DNA of 64,000 nt. Source: Pseudomonadota bacterium (GTDB lineage: Bacteria; Pseudomonadota; Alphaproteobacteria; Paracaedibacterales; CAIOTO01). The DNA lies in contig JAZKDQ010000010.1 of NCBI GenBank assembly GCA_040387495.1, positions 1-64,000 of the forward strand. Direction: 5' to 3'. Positions 31,165 through 41,251 of this stretch are shown one piece after another (positions within the stretch are counted from its first letter, which is position 1; each line of letters starts with the position of its first letter). The notes below the pieces were generated by a model. It did no database searches, was not told where the DNA came from, and saw nothing but the letters and a program-made list of their open reading frames with translations. Position numbers and translations under genes: made by a program.

Positions 31165-31911
31165 TTAGCATGAATTTTCTGCATGGGCTGTTGCCCGAGC
31201 CGTGGTAAGCGCAACTTTTAATCGTCTGCTATAATTTGCGACCGGCACTCCACAATAAACGGTTTTGCTCGCTTCGATCGCTATTAAGCCGCTGAATTTA
31301 GGCATGATTAATGGCCCTGCCTTTTCGAATAGCGTTTGTGCGCTGATACTAAGGTTTGAATTAAATGGGGGAGTATACAGCGTTCGTAAAAACTGAGTCG
31401 GTGTAAATGATGTCGTTCGCAACAAACGTGAAAGCTGCGTCATTGTGTAAGGTTGTCCACGCCCAAGTGGTGTTGAATCTATGCGCGACCAAAGTCCACG
31501 ACGATTTGGTATAATGATTAATAGTTTCCCTTCTGCTGACAATACGCGCCAGCATTCTTCTAAAAAAGCCATTGGATTGTGGCTAACTTCAAGTCCATGA
31601 ATGACAAATAATCGGTCGACACAACGATCGGGTAGCGGAAATAAATCTTCTTCAACGAGAGCAATACGCGGGCTATTCTTTGGCCATCCAATGACGCCCA
31701 TATCCGCTGGCATAAAGGCAAGTTGCGTACTATTTTCTTTAAGATAAGGGAGTGTGTAGCCATAGGCTAATGTGACATCACGATTTTTATGTGCAGACGA
31801 TTGCGGTGCGTCCACCGTTGGCCAAAGCTTTTTTAGCAAAGCATCAACATTTGATTGAACGACGTCACCAAGCGGGGTTGTGTAGAAATCACGAAAGTCG
31901 AGAACGTCCAT
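31165..31911 (-). CDS. Class I SAM-dependent methyltransferase (type usually found next to gloB)
   Basis: FYTTPLG, GYTLPY, HGLE, PNRRGLW, TPLGRGQPY. Confidence 0.85.
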   Translation of the reverse strand: MDVLDFRDFYTTPLGDVVQSNVDALLKKLWPTVDAPQSSAHKNRDVTLAYGYTLPYLKENSTQLAFMPADMGVIGWPKNSPRIALVEEDLFPLPDRCVDRLFVIHGLEVSHNPMAFLEECWRVLSAEGKLLIIIPNRRGLWSRIDSTPLGRGQPYTMTQLSRLLRTTSFTPTQFLRTLYTPPFNSNLSISAQTLFEKAGPLIMPKFSGLIAIEASKTVYCGVPVANYSRRLKVALTTARATAHAENSC

Positions 31912-32050
31912 TGGATGGTGCGCCTTGTGCTCTTTTCATAAATGATAGGGGATTGAGACTAAAAAGGCGAGGGGATTGTTTTACAAAAATATATACATAT
32001 CAATTCAATTGTGTTAGTTATTGTTTGAGTAGTGCTATTTCAATATAAAT

Positions 32051-33214
32051 ATGTATATAATTTTGTTATTAATAATATATACTATTTTGAATGTAAGTTA
32101 TGCCATGGCGCCTGATGGTATTCACACCCATGAAGATTATGTACAGCTATCTTTTGATGCGCCTGAATTTGATGCAGCGTGCGCTGTTGTTGATTCGAAA
32201 GTGGGCGTGTCCATGACTGGTGTCTTAATCACACCTGATATTGTTGTTACTGCTGCACATGGTATTGAGGCTATTTTTAGAAAGTTAAAGCCGACACAAA
32301 CTGAACATGGGATTATGACGATTCCTATTAAATCCATAAAGGTTTATTTTAGGGGCAAAAGTCAAACCATAATGGCTGAAGTTACTCATGTTTTGCTTGA
32401 TCCGCGTTATTTCCAAGAAGCAAATACGCGAGAGGGAAAATTTGATTTTGCTTTTTTAAAGCTATCAATGCCTGTGAGAGAAATAACTCCCGCTGAATTT
32501 TTTCAAAAAGAAACAATTCCGAGCAACGCGCTGATGACCGTTGTTACGTATGGCACTTCTGATATAAAGGCAGGCATGTTTAGCTGGTCTGGTTCACAAC
32601 AGGCAACACGACGTGCTTTTCGTTTGTATGAACGGGATACCTATTTTGGTAAAGCAGAAGATGAAGAGGTCTTAAAGTCGTCACGTTATTTACAAGAAAG
32701 TTCTGTATATTTCAAGCCGCTAAAACGTAATACCAAGCCTGAAGAAACAGATTCGGAAGAGATTGTAAGGTCGTATGAAGCCACGCAAAACTGGGTAGCT
32801 GATGGCAAGAAGCCTTATGGGCTGGGTTTGCCGGGCACGAGTGGCTCTCCTGTATTTATTAGATTAAGTAAAAATGGGCAGACAAAGGATTATCTGTTTG
32901 CTTTGGTAAGTAGTTATTCTCATTTAACAGGACAGTTTCGTAAGCGAGGTGTGTATGAAATGGATTACATCTTAACGAATCAGAAACAGTCTTTGGGCGG
33001 GTATCAAACAATTTATTCGTTATTTTATAGGCACAAAACGGATGAGCCAGCACCGCCACGTCATGCTACGTATACGCAGGATCCTATTTTGAGATTATTA
33101 TTGAAAGCGATCACAAATGATAGTGATTCATCAATGATGAGTATTGCAAAAGAACGACATCAATCGGCCGGAAATTTTCTATTAAAGTTAAAGAATTTAT
33201 TAAATATTTCTTAA
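32051..33214 (+). CDS. Secreted trypsin-like serine protease
   Basis: Signal peptide (..SYA-MA); triad motifs TAAHG, DFAFLKL, GTSGSP. Confidence 0.85.
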   Translation: MYIILLLIIYTILNVSYAMAPDGIHTHEDYVQLSFDAPEFDAACAVVDSKVGVSMTGVLITPDIVVTAAHGIEAIFRKLKPTQTEHGIMTIPIKSIKVYFRGKSQTIMAEVTHVLLDPRYFQEANTREGKFDFAFLKLSMPVREITPAEFFQKETIPSNALMTVVTYGTSDIKAGMFSWSGSQQATRRAFRLYERDTYFGKAEDEEVLKSSRYLQESSVYFKPLKRNTKPEETDSEEIVRSYEATQNWVADGKKPYGLGLPGTSGSPVFIRLSKNGQTKDYLFALVSSYSHLTGQFRKRGVYEMDYILTNQKQSLGGYQTIYSLFYRHKTDEPAPPRHATYTQDPILRLLLKAITNDSDSSMMSIAKERHQSAGNFLLKLKNLLNIS

Positions 33215-33238
33215 CACATTGCTTGATACAATTATAAT
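33200..33238 (+). promoter_or_regulatory. CtrA-type box overlapping the -35 region of a candidate promoter
   Basis: TTAA-ATATTTC-TTAAC at 33200-33215; TATAAT at 33233-33238; ATG at 33261. Confidence 0.45.
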
Positions 33239-33260
33239 TATTCAGGCAAGAATTAATTTA

Positions 33261-33941
33261 ATGAAAATTTTGAGCTTTTTTTCACGTGCAACGGTTATCT
33301 TGTTTCTGCAAATTTTCTTTGCAGCAACTTTGACCGTTAGTTTTTGTGAGCCTGTTTTTGCCGCGAAATCTTCTAAGAAAAAGAAATCCAAAAAAAAGAA
33401 ATCTAAAAAAAAGAAATCTAAGAAGAAGTCGGCTAAGAAAAAAGCTGCTAAGAAAAAAGCTGCTAAGAAAAAAGCTGCTAAAAAGAAAGTCAAAAAGAAA
33501 AAGGCTGAAGCAAAAGTTGCACCGAAGCCAGCTTCTAAGCCAGACCCAAAGCCTGCTCCAAAAGCAGTATTAACAAAATTTCAAACAGAAACTACCTATT
33601 GGTGCGGCAGCGTATATTGCGATAAAGCAAAAGATGACGATGATGCAGCCTGCCTTTTATCGCCTGGCAATAAACCAATGCAGTGCATTTATGGCGATAC
33701 TAAGGCCAATCCAAGAGATAAATCATTAAAGGAACTAAAATTAAAGCCAGAAGATGATAGTGGCATGGAAATGTGCTTATATGAATTGAAAGCAATTTGT
33801 GGTGGTTACAGCGCATCACTTAATAAAGACAAAGACATGGTCAGTGCAGAGTGCGAAAAAGGCGATAAGATGTATAGGTGCATCCCTGCTTTTGAAAATG
33901 TACCGAAAGTGCCCATTACTCCTGTGATTCCATCTTCTTAA
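33261..33941 (+). CDS. Secreted protein with a histone-H1-like poly-Lys/Ala tract and an 8-Cys C-terminal domain
   Basis: Signal peptide to ..PVFA, then KKKKS x3, KKKSA, KKKAA x3, a PK-rich linker and a Cys-rich domain. Confidence 0.75.
   Translation: MKILSFFSRATVILFLQIFFAATLTVSFCEPVFAAKSSKKKKSKKKKSKKKKSKKKSAKKKAAKKKAAKKKAAKKKVKKKKAEAKVAPKPASKPDPKPAPKAVLTKFQTETTYWCGSVYCDKAKDDDDAACLLSPGNKPMQCIYGDTKANPRDKSLKELKLKPEDDSGMEMCLYELKAICGGYSASLNKDKDMVSAECEKGDKMYRCIPAFENVPKVPITPVIPSS
33374..33507 (+). repeat. In-frame 15-bp tandem repeats (KKKKS / KKKAA)
   Basis: AAAAAAAAGAAATCT and AAGAAAAAAGCTGCT units. Confidence 0.85.
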
Positions 33942-34020
33942 GAATGAATTGCTCCCCTTGAAACTAATACAGTATCTGTATAGTGTTTGCATATGAACCA
34001 TTCATATTCTAGAGTAAATC

Positions 34021-34443
34021 ATGACACATAAAGACCAGGCTTTTTGGCTTATTAAATCCGAACCATCCACATGGTCGTGGGCCGATCAAGTAGCAAAAGG
34101 GATTGAACCTTGGGAAGGTGTGCGCAATTATCAAGCACGCAATAATCTTAAATCAATGAAAATAGGAGATTTGTGCTTTTTTTACCATTCGGTAAAAGAA
34201 CGCTCTATTGTTGGTATTGTAGAGGTTGCAAGCGATTATCGTCTTGATCCAACTGATCACGACGGCGTGTTTGGCTTGGTAGACGTTAAAACAGTGCGTC
34301 CCTTAAAAAAACCAATTTGCCTGGATCAAATCAAATTAGTCCCGGCATTGCAGGATATGGCATTACTTAAACAATCACGTTTGTCAGTTCAACCTGTTAC
34401 AAAAGAAGAATGGGACGTGATTCTGCAACTCTCTGAGGGATAA
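34021..34443 (+). CDS. EVE domain protein
   Basis: WLIKSEP, WEGVRNYQARN, FFYHS, SRLSVQPV. Confidence 0.95.
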   Translation: MTHKDQAFWLIKSEPSTWSWADQVAKGIEPWEGVRNYQARNNLKSMKIGDLCFFYHSVKERSIVGIVEVASDYRLDPTDHDGVFGLVDVKTVRPLKKPICLDQIKLVPALQDMALLKQSRLSVQPVTKEEWDVILQLSEG

Positions 34444-34624
34444 TGGTTGAATTGTTATCGCTTGCATTATCCAATTTATTATTACAATACGCATGTTAAA
34501 AATAGTGTAAAAGCAGGCTTATTTATGCATTTCAGACAACTTCACTGAATTCAATTGACTCTGTTTTTTATATCTACTAGTATGCTATTGAATTTCATAT
34601 TTATTTAAAATTAGACCCTATAGA

Positions 34625-34957
34625 ATGACCTTTGTTGTAACCGAAAGTTGTATCCGCTGTAAATACCAAGATTGTATCGAGGTATGCCCAGTGGATTGTT
34701 TTTATGAAGGTGAAAACATGTTGGTTATAGACCCCGATCAATGTATTGATTGCGGTGTTTGTGAAATTGAATGCCCAGCAGAGGCGATTATTGCTGATAC
34801 GGCACCTGGGGCTGAAAAGTGGGTCGAGCTAAATCGTACGTATGCTAACATCTGGCCGAATGTTACCCGAAAGGGCGTTGCGCCAGTAGATGCAGATGAG
34901 TGGTTGAAGGTGGAAAACAAATTTGAGAACCATTTTAGCAAGAAACCAGGAAAATAA
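34625..34957 (+). CDS. fdxA: 7Fe ferredoxin
   Basis: [18 protein letters not shown] and [12 protein letters not shown]. Confidence 0.96.
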   Translation: MTFVVTESCIRCKYQDCIEVCPVDCFYEGENMLVIDPDQCIDCGVCEIECPAEAIIADTAPGAEKWVELNRTYANIWPNVTRKGVAPVDADEWLKVENKFENHFSKKPGK

Positions 34958-35023
34958 TTCATTTCCCCTCTTGATTTTTTCTAAATCATTCTTATATCAA
35001 GGAAAGACAGTATATTAACCCTT

Positions 35024-35536
35024 ATGAGTAATAGAAAAGAAATGACTGAAACTCTATTTAATGTTGGTGATTACGTTGTTTATCCTGCACATGGTGTTGG
35101 TAAACTGTTAGCAATTGAAGCGCACGATATCGCAGGCCACAAAGTGGAACTGTTTGTTATCACGTTTGATAAGGATCGCATGACGTTGCGATTGCCTATC
35201 CAAAAAGCAAAGAATGCGGGCCTACGTCCGATCAGTTCAAAAGATGAATTTGAAACTGTTTTGCAAATTTTGACGGTAAAATCAAAACCACGTCGTTTGA
35301 TGTGGAGCCGTCGTGCACAAGAATACGAAAATAAAATTAATTCAGGTAACCCAGTATCAATCGCTGAAGTGGTTCGTGACCTGTTTCGTAATCATTCAGA
35401 CACAGATCAATCATATAGCGAACGCCAAATTTACCAAGCAGCGATTGATCGCCTTGCACGTGAGCTTGCTGCGATTGAAGCGATTGGTGAAACAGATGCA
35501 ATTTCTAAAATGGAAACGATCATGCGCGCTGCGTAA
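35024..35536 (+). CDS. carD: CarD/CdnL family transcription factor
   Basis: VVYPAHGVG, WSRRAQEY, AEVVRDL, SYSERQ. Confidence 0.95.
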   Translation: MSNRKEMTETLFNVGDYVVYPAHGVGKLLAIEAHDIAGHKVELFVITFDKDRMTLRLPIQKAKNAGLRPISSKDEFETVLQILTVKSKPRRLMWSRRAQEYENKINSGNPVSIAEVVRDLFRNHSDTDQSYSERQIYQAAIDRLARELAAIEAIGETDAISKMETIMRAA

Positions 35537-35573
35537 TGTTTTTTTATTAAAGTACAAATTTTTTATTTAGCCT

Positions 35574-35602
35574 AAAAAAGTCTCCTTTGTGGGGGCTTTT
35601 TT
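35574..35602 (+). terminator. Terminator after carD
   Basis: AAAAAAGTCTCC-TTTGT-GGGGGCTTTTTT. Confidence 0.75.
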
Positions 35603-35665
35603 ATTGCCCAAAAGAAGCCAAGATAGCGTAAAGTTAGAGCATACCAATTTCATGTAATTCTAATC

Positions 35666-36676
35666 ATGCAGAGCATAGCCGATAGTTCCGAAATAAAAAG
35701 CACGCAAACGTCAAAACAAAAAAGCAACATCAACGGCTGGCTTGTCATCGACAAACCGCTTGGCCTTACATCGACCAAAGTAGGGAGTCAGCTGAAACGA
35801 CTGTTACGCCCACAGAAAATTGGCCATGTTGGCACGCTCGATCCACTTGCATCTGGTGTTTTGACCTTTGCACTGGGCGAGGCTACAAAACTAATTCCTT
35901 ATTGGAACATCACGGCAAAGAAATATGAATTTCACATAACCTTTGGCGAACGACGTTCCACTGATGATGCTGAAGGCGAAGTTATTGAACGATCATCGGT
36001 TTTGCCAACGGCAGCCCGCATTGTTATGTTCCTTGATCAATTCCTGGGCACTATTGACCAAGTCCCGCCAAACTATTCAGCGATTCAGGTTGACGGTAAG
36101 CGTTCTTATGATCGTGCACGCAAAGGCGAGGAATTTACATTGCCATCACGTAGTGTTCGTATTGATGATCTGCATATTGCCAGGCGGATTTCGGATGAGA
36201 CCTATGCATTCGAAGTCACCTGCGGCACAGGAACATACGTGCGTTCATTGGCGCGTGATATTGCGGAAGCATGCGGCACTGTTGGCTATGTCAGCTACCT
36301 GCGGCGCATAAAAGATGGCTGCTTTCAAATCAAAGATGCAGTATCGTTGGATGAATTATTGAATAAAACAGATAATACGAATTTAGTAGAAGAAAACAGT
36401 AAAACCATGCATAATCACTTTGGTATTTTCCCTTTAAGTTCTGTTCTGGACGACATCCCGGCTGTGACGGTTGGGGAAGATGATTTAAAACGGCTTTACC
36501 TAGGTCAAGCAATTCCAGTGGATTCGATTGCAGATTTGATGCAATTAGGTCTGACTTCTGGGGTTGTGCAAATTCAAGGGTCGTCTGGCTTGTGTGCCAT
36601 GGGGTTCATTGAAGATGGTCAGTTAAAGCCAAAACGTTTATTACATTTAGGAGAACATGATGTCGATTACTATTGA
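35666..36676 (+). CDS. truB: tRNA pseudouridine(55) synthase
   Basis: [34 protein letters not shown]. Confidence 0.96.
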   Translation: MQSIADSSEIKSTQTSKQKSNINGWLVIDKPLGLTSTKVGSQLKRLLRPQKIGHVGTLDPLASGVLTFALGEATKLIPYWNITAKKYEFHITFGERRSTDDAEGEVIERSSVLPTAARIVMFLDQFLGTIDQVPPNYSAIQVDGKRSYDRARKGEEFTLPSRSVRIDDLHIARRISDETYAFEVTCGTGTYVRSLARDIAEACGTVGYVSYLRRIKDGCFQIKDAVSLDELLNKTDNTNLVEENSKTMHNHFGIFPLSSVLDDIPAVTVGEDDLKRLYLGQAIPVDSIADLMQLGLTSGVVQIQGSSGLCAMGFIEDGQLKPKRLLHLGEHDVDYY

Positions 36677-36929
36677 ACGCAAAGCAGAGCTCGTTGCTGA
36701 ATTTGGCAAAACCCCGAACGATACAGGGTCAACTGAAGTCCAAATCGCTATTATTACTGAGCGAATTACAAACCTATCAGGTCACATGAAGACACATGCA
36801 AAAGATTTACACTCACGTCGTGGATTATTGATGTTGGTTGGTCAACGTCGTCGTTTGCTTGATTATATTAAAGATCGCAATTTGGCTGGTTATCAGGCAT
36901 TGATCAAGCGTTTGGGTATCCGTCGCTAA
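36660..36929 (+). CDS. rpsO: 30S ribosomal protein S15
   Basis: [25 protein letters not shown]; overlaps the truB 3' end. Confidence 0.98.
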   Translation: MSITIERKAELVAEFGKTPNDTGSTEVQIAIITERITNLSGHMKTHAKDLHSRRGLLMLVGQRRRLLDYIKDRNLAGYQALIKRLGIRR

Positions 36930-36943
36930 TTTACCAACTCTGT

Positions 36944-36978
36944 TTTCTGCATTCCCGCGAAAGCGGGAATGACAGAAA
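36944..36978. repeat. Collapsed palindromic element / hairpin after rpsO
   Basis: TTTCTG-CATTCCCGC-GAAA-GCGGGAATG-A-CAGAAA; shares the ATTCCCGCGAA core with 28693. Confidence 0.75.
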
Positions 36979-36991
36979 GTATAGAAATTTC

Positions 36992-37615
36992 ATGGCTAAA
37001 CTTACTTTTTTTGTAACAACCACGACATGTTATGCAGCCATTGAAACGACACATGGTGTCATTCAAGATTCGCACACGCTTGGCGCCGAATCACAAAGTG
37101 CGGCTCTTATCCCCTTTATTAAAACTATTTGGGATAGCGCAGGCTCCCCAGTTCTCACCACAATCATTGCACCAAAGGGTCCAGGCAGTTTTACTGGAAT
37201 TCGTGTAACATTGGCAACTGCGCAAGGCTTAAGCTTAGCATGCCCAGCAGCCACGTGTTATGCGCCAACACTTTTTGATGTATTGCTGCATGACAGGCCA
37301 AAGCAATCATATGCCGTGATTGATTCAAAACGCGGTGACTATTTTGTAAAAACACAAGCTGGCGAACCATTGATTTTATCACCAGGCACTTTTTCAGAGT
37401 TTCAAAACAAGCATTCTGATTGGACAATAATTGTAGAACCTGATCTGTTCGGTAATGATCTTATATCGCAAAATGGTGCAAAGTCTGTTTCATATCCAGC
37501 CGAACAATTGCTTCAGGCGTTGCTAGCAGCGGATACATATGTTCAGCCAAGTGTGTTCGAACCTTACTATTTGTTTGAACCAACGTTTAAAAAGTCTGAA
37601 AAGTTACCATTTTAG
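36992..37615 (+). CDS. tsaB: tRNA t6A modification protein TsaB
   Basis: GPGSFTGIRV and IDSKRG motifs. Confidence 0.88.
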   Translation: MAKLTFFVTTTTCYAAIETTHGVIQDSHTLGAESQSAALIPFIKTIWDSAGSPVLTTIIAPKGPGSFTGIRVTLATAQGLSLACPAATCYAPTLFDVLLHDRPKQSYAVIDSKRGDYFVKTQAGEPLILSPGTFSEFQNKHSDWTIIVEPDLFGNDLISQNGAKSVSYPAEQLLQALLAADTYVQPSVFEPYYLFEPTFKKSEKLPF

Positions 37616-37710
37616 GGGAACTATTAGCTTTATTATTTTTTAGTATCTTAATCATTCATTCATTAATTCTTGTTACTTTAGTCTTGTAAGTAATAGAACT
37701 GGAGAAAGTT

Positions 37711-38196
37711 ATGATTTTTAATAAATATGTTATTGCAATTGGTGTTGCGCTTAGTTTTTTGATGACATCGCTGAATGCACAAGAAAATGCTAGTGCTGAG
37801 TGCCCTGTTAATAAAGACAGAATGAGTAAGAATTGCGCTGGATGGGCAAAAAAATATAATACGTTAAGCGAAGCTGACATTTCAGCTGCTATAGAATTTA
37901 ATACTATGAATGATGATGAAAAGAACAATTTGAGTCAATCTGAAAGCATAAAAAGGGAAAATAACTACGACAAAGTTGAAAATTATAAGAAAAATTTTGA
38001 AGGAACTGCAGAAAAACAATCACCTTGTCAAATTACTGCGGTTAATGGCGAAGAAAAAATTAATGCTCGTTGTGAAAAATACAAAAACAAGACTTCTTGT
38101 GAAAATGAACCCACCGCTTGCAGATGGAGTGAAAGTCGGGAAACGTGCGAGAAGCTCAAAATAAAGGATATAAAATTTGAATGTTTGGGTCAATAA
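37711..38196 (+). CDS. Small secreted Cys-rich protein
   Basis: Signal peptide (..SLNA-QE), 8 Cys, SD-like GGAG. Confidence 0.7.
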   Translation: MIFNKYVIAIGVALSFLMTSLNAQENASAECPVNKDRMSKNCAGWAKKYNTLSEADISAAIEFNTMNDDEKNNLSQSESIKRENNYDKVENYKKNFEGTAEKQSPCQITAVNGEEKINARCEKYKNKTSCENEPTACRWSESRETCEKLKIKDIKFECLGQ

Positions 38197-38254
38197 TTTG
38201 TTAATGTTCGTATGCTCTAATATGAATAATTAGCACTTCCCTATTTAAAAAACT

Positions 38255-38302
38255 AAAGGATAAGATTTGATGTTTTAAAAACAAAGATTCTTATCCTTTT
38301 TT
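38255..38302. terminator. Inverted repeat between convergent genes (probable glyS / Cys-rich gene terminator)
   Basis: AAAGGATAAGA ... TCTTATCCTTT. Confidence 0.55.
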
Positions 38303-38352
38303 ATTGATGAAAAGGTGGAAATAAGTTAGTTAAGCTTCCTTGTTCTTTTCTG

Positions 38353-40017
38353 CTACACCTGACTTCTACAATTAATGTTCCACATATCGGCAATACGCAC
38401 ATTCTCACCTAAAATCTCATCCGCTTTTTCGCGTGGGCAACGGTCACGCATATAAACCTGGAATCGTAATTGGATGAATTCCAAAATATCATCAATGGTC
38501 TTGACTGACAATTCAATGCCTTGTGCTTTATACGCAGCAATTGCTTTATTAATCATCTCTGCCAGATCAACATCATCTGCTTTAGCCTCGACAATCAAAC
38601 GAATAATCCCAAGAGCAGTCCTTCGAATCGCAAGCGGGTCTTTTGACCCTGTTGGCTTAATGCCAGACCCTAAGAATCCAACAAGCGTGTCCATTTTATC
38701 AATGAGTGCAAGCGCGCGGCTAACAGGCGCTGTTGGTGTCACTTTGCTTGGGCCCAGGGGTTGATAATATTCCTCAAGCGCAACGGCAACATCGACAGAT
38801 TCGCCTTGTAGGGTTGCATAAATGCGCCCCATGATGCCTTGTAATTCTGGAAATTCCCCAACCATGTGTGTAACTAGATCGCTTTTGCACAAATGTGCTG
38901 CACGTTTGATGGTAGCATCAGTTGCAACAGATTCAAGGCGACGTACTTTGTCACCGACCGAACCGAGTTTTTCATGAAACACAATTGTGTCGAGTTTTTT
39001 GACAAGATCCGTTAATGGTATAGCGCGATCAGTATCATAAAAGAAGGTGGCATCACTAAGGCGGGCACGAAGCACGCGCTCGAGTCCATCCATCATCAAA
39101 CGATTATCTGTGCGCGCAGGTACATTTGTGAGTACGCCAAAGTATGGTGCAATTTCGCCATCCTTTGTAAGTAATGTGAAATATTTTTGGTGCACACGCA
39201 TGGAAGTTGAGAGCACCTCTGCCGGTAAATGCATAAATGCAGCATTAATTTCTCCTAAATGCGCATACGGAAAATCAACAAGGCCTGTGACTTCGTCGAG
39301 GAGCGTTTCGTCTGGTTGAATTGTAAGGCCTTTTATCGCAGCTGCCTTTACCATAGATTCCCAAACAACAATCCGGCGTTCATCAAAATTAACAATCACC
39401 TGTGCTGTGCGAAGTTGTTCGACATAATTCGCTAGGCCAGTTAGTTGAATGGCTTCAGGAGCCAAAAAACGATGTCCGAATGTTTTATTGCCAGCTGTGA
39501 TATCAAGCCCTTTAACCGGAAAGGCAATTGTTTTGTCATTAAGCATTACTGTAATTGCGCGAATCGGGCGGATCCAAGAACGTGTGAAATCATTAGTTGC
39601 TGGGTTGTGCCAACGCATGGATTTGGGCCATGGCATTTGGTCAAGAAAACCGTTCAATACATCGGGCAGCATGGTTTCCACAGGCCGAGGAGCCGATACG
39701 ATATGTGCAAAATAGTAATCGCCACGTGCTTCGAGTTGGTCTTTGGTCATACCAGTAGATTTTAAGAAACCAGCCATTGCAGCCTCAGGCGCATTAACAC
39801 GTGGGCCACGACGTTCTTCTGTCATAGCTTCTGTTGTTTCAGGTAGACCTTTTGCAAAAATAGCCAAACGTTGCGGGGCAATATAGCTGCCTATTTCCGT
39901 AAAGGTAAGGCCTTGCTCTGCCAGTAATTTTGACAGCACATCCTTACTATTAGTAAGTGCTGCACGTTGCATGCGCGCTGGAATTTCTTCGCTATAAATT
40001 TCGATCAGTAGATCCAT
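38353..40017 (-). CDS. glyS: Glycine-tRNA ligase beta subunit, C-terminally short
   Basis: LLIEIYSEEIPA, WPKSMRW, RARLSDATFF, MVGEFPELQG, GSKDPLAIRR; only 554 aa. Confidence 0.95.
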   Translation of the reverse strand: MDLLIEIYSEEIPARMQRAALTNSKDVLSKLLAEQGLTFTEIGSYIAPQRLAIFAKGLPETTEAMTEERRGPRVNAPEAAMAGFLKSTGMTKDQLEARGDYYFAHIVSAPRPVETMLPDVLNGFLDQMPWPKSMRWHNPATNDFTRSWIRPIRAITVMLNDKTIAFPVKGLDITAGNKTFGHRFLAPEAIQLTGLANYVEQLRTAQVIVNFDERRIVVWESMVKAAAIKGLTIQPDETLLDEVTGLVDFPYAHLGEINAAFMHLPAEVLSTSMRVHQKYFTLLTKDGEIAPYFGVLTNVPARTDNRLMMDGLERVLRARLSDATFFYDTDRAIPLTDLVKKLDTIVFHEKLGSVGDKVRRLESVATDATIKRAAHLCKSDLVTHMVGEFPELQGIMGRIYATLQGESVDVAVALEEYYQPLGPSKVTPTAPVSRALALIDKMDTLVGFLGSGIKPTGSKDPLAIRRTALGIIRLIVEAKADDVDLAEMINKAIAAYKAQGIELSVKTIDDILEFIQLRFQVYMRDRCPREKADEILGENVRIADMWNINCRSQV

Positions 40018-40069
40018 GTTTTTTCACTTTATTTTGTTGGTTTTAGTGGTTATTAATTGTCTCTTTTTC

Positions 40070-40144
40070 AGTTTTCCCTGTCTTGACCAGAGGATCCAGT
40101 CGCCTGAGCTCGTGGGCCCTCGGGTCACGCCCCAGGGAAACTAG
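40070..40144. repeat. Palindromic element, TTTCC...GGAAA family, between glyQ and glyS
   Basis: AGTTTTCCCTGTCTTGACCAGAGGATCCA..TGGGCCCTCGGGTCACGCCCCAGGGAAACTAG. Confidence 0.8.
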
Positions 40145-40185
40145 GGAAAAATTGTATTCCTCGCCATGATGGCAATTTTGTAAAA

Positions 40186-41040
40186 CTATCCTTGTATCCA
40201 CGCCTGGCAACACTTCTGTGCCAACGCCCTTACACGGCTAATGTATCCCGCTCGCTCGGTCACAGAAATCACACCACGCGCATCAAGCAAGTTAAACGTA
40301 TGGTTCGCTTTTACGCATTGCTCATATGCAGGTAGTACAAGGTTTCGCGCAAGTAGTTTGTCACATTCAAGCTCATGCCCATGAAAGTTATGAAGCAAGC
40401 CATCCGTTGATGCTACTTCAAAGTTGTAGGCAGAAAACTCACGTTCAGCGCGCAAAAATACATCGCCATACGTTAGCCTGCCTTCACCTTCTAGTCCATT
40501 CCAGTTAAGCGCAAAGTGGTTGTCAACGCCTTGTACAAACGTCGCAATACGCTCCAGCCCATAGGTGATCTCCACAGGAACTGGGTTGCATTCAATGCCG
40601 CCAACTTGCTGGAAATACGTGTATTGTGTGATTTCCATGCCGTCGCACCAAACTTCCCAGCCAAGACCAGCCGCACCAAGAGATGGGTTTTCCCAATCGT
40701 CTTCAACAAAGCGAATGTCATGGTCAGCAAGGTTCAGCCCAATAGCTTCTAGGCTTTTAAGATACAACGCTTGTGGGTCTGCAGGCGATGGCTTTAAAAT
40801 TACCTGAAATTGATAATATTGTTGTGTGCGATTTGGGTTCTCACCATAACGACCATCATTTGGACGGCGGCACGGCTGCACAAATGCGGCGTTCCACGTG
40901 TCTGGCCCAAGTGCACGAAGTGTCGTTGCGGGATGCGATGTGCCAGCGCCAACTTCAGTGTCATAAGGTTGCAAAATTACACAGCCTTGGGATGCCCAAA
41001 AACGCTGCAGGTCAAAGATAATGTCTTGAAAGGATTTCAT
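40186..41040 (-). CDS. glyQ: Glycine-tRNA ligase alpha subunit
   Basis: [32 protein letters not shown]; likely start MKSFQ at 41040. Confidence 0.98.
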   Translation of the reverse strand: MKSFQDIIFDLQRFWASQGCVILQPYDTEVGAGTSHPATTLRALGPDTWNAAFVQPCRRPNDGRYGENPNRTQQYYQFQVILKPSPADPQALYLKSLEAIGLNLADHDIRFVEDDWENPSLGAAGLGWEVWCDGMEITQYTYFQQVGGIECNPVPVEITYGLERIATFVQGVDNHFALNWNGLEGEGRLTYGDVFLRAEREFSAYNFEVASTDGLLHNFHGHELECDKLLARNLVLPAYEQCVKANHTFNLLDARGVISVTERAGYISRVRALAQKCCQAWIQG

Positions 41041-41251
41041 AAAAATACGTGTTGTTTGTTTTGTAGGTGATAATATCATGGTATGTCGAAAAATGGTAGA
41101 CAGAGTATGCCCTTATAACAAATCGTTTTTCGTATTTATAAAAGAGAAAAATGTAATATGCATATTCGAATATCCAACAATCTCTTGCAAGAAATTTGTT
41201 AACATGGCACGATCGGGTTTATATAATACAAACGAACAGATCACATAAAAA

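Noticed and set aside
33242..33573. FFLAA-repeat and RKKLL-repeat ORFs
   Set aside because: Alternative-frame readings of the 15-bp poly-Lys repeat
41080..41130. AATGGTAGAC resembling a tRNA D-loop upstream of rlmB
   Set aside because: No acceptor stem or T-loop (GTTCRA) can be formed
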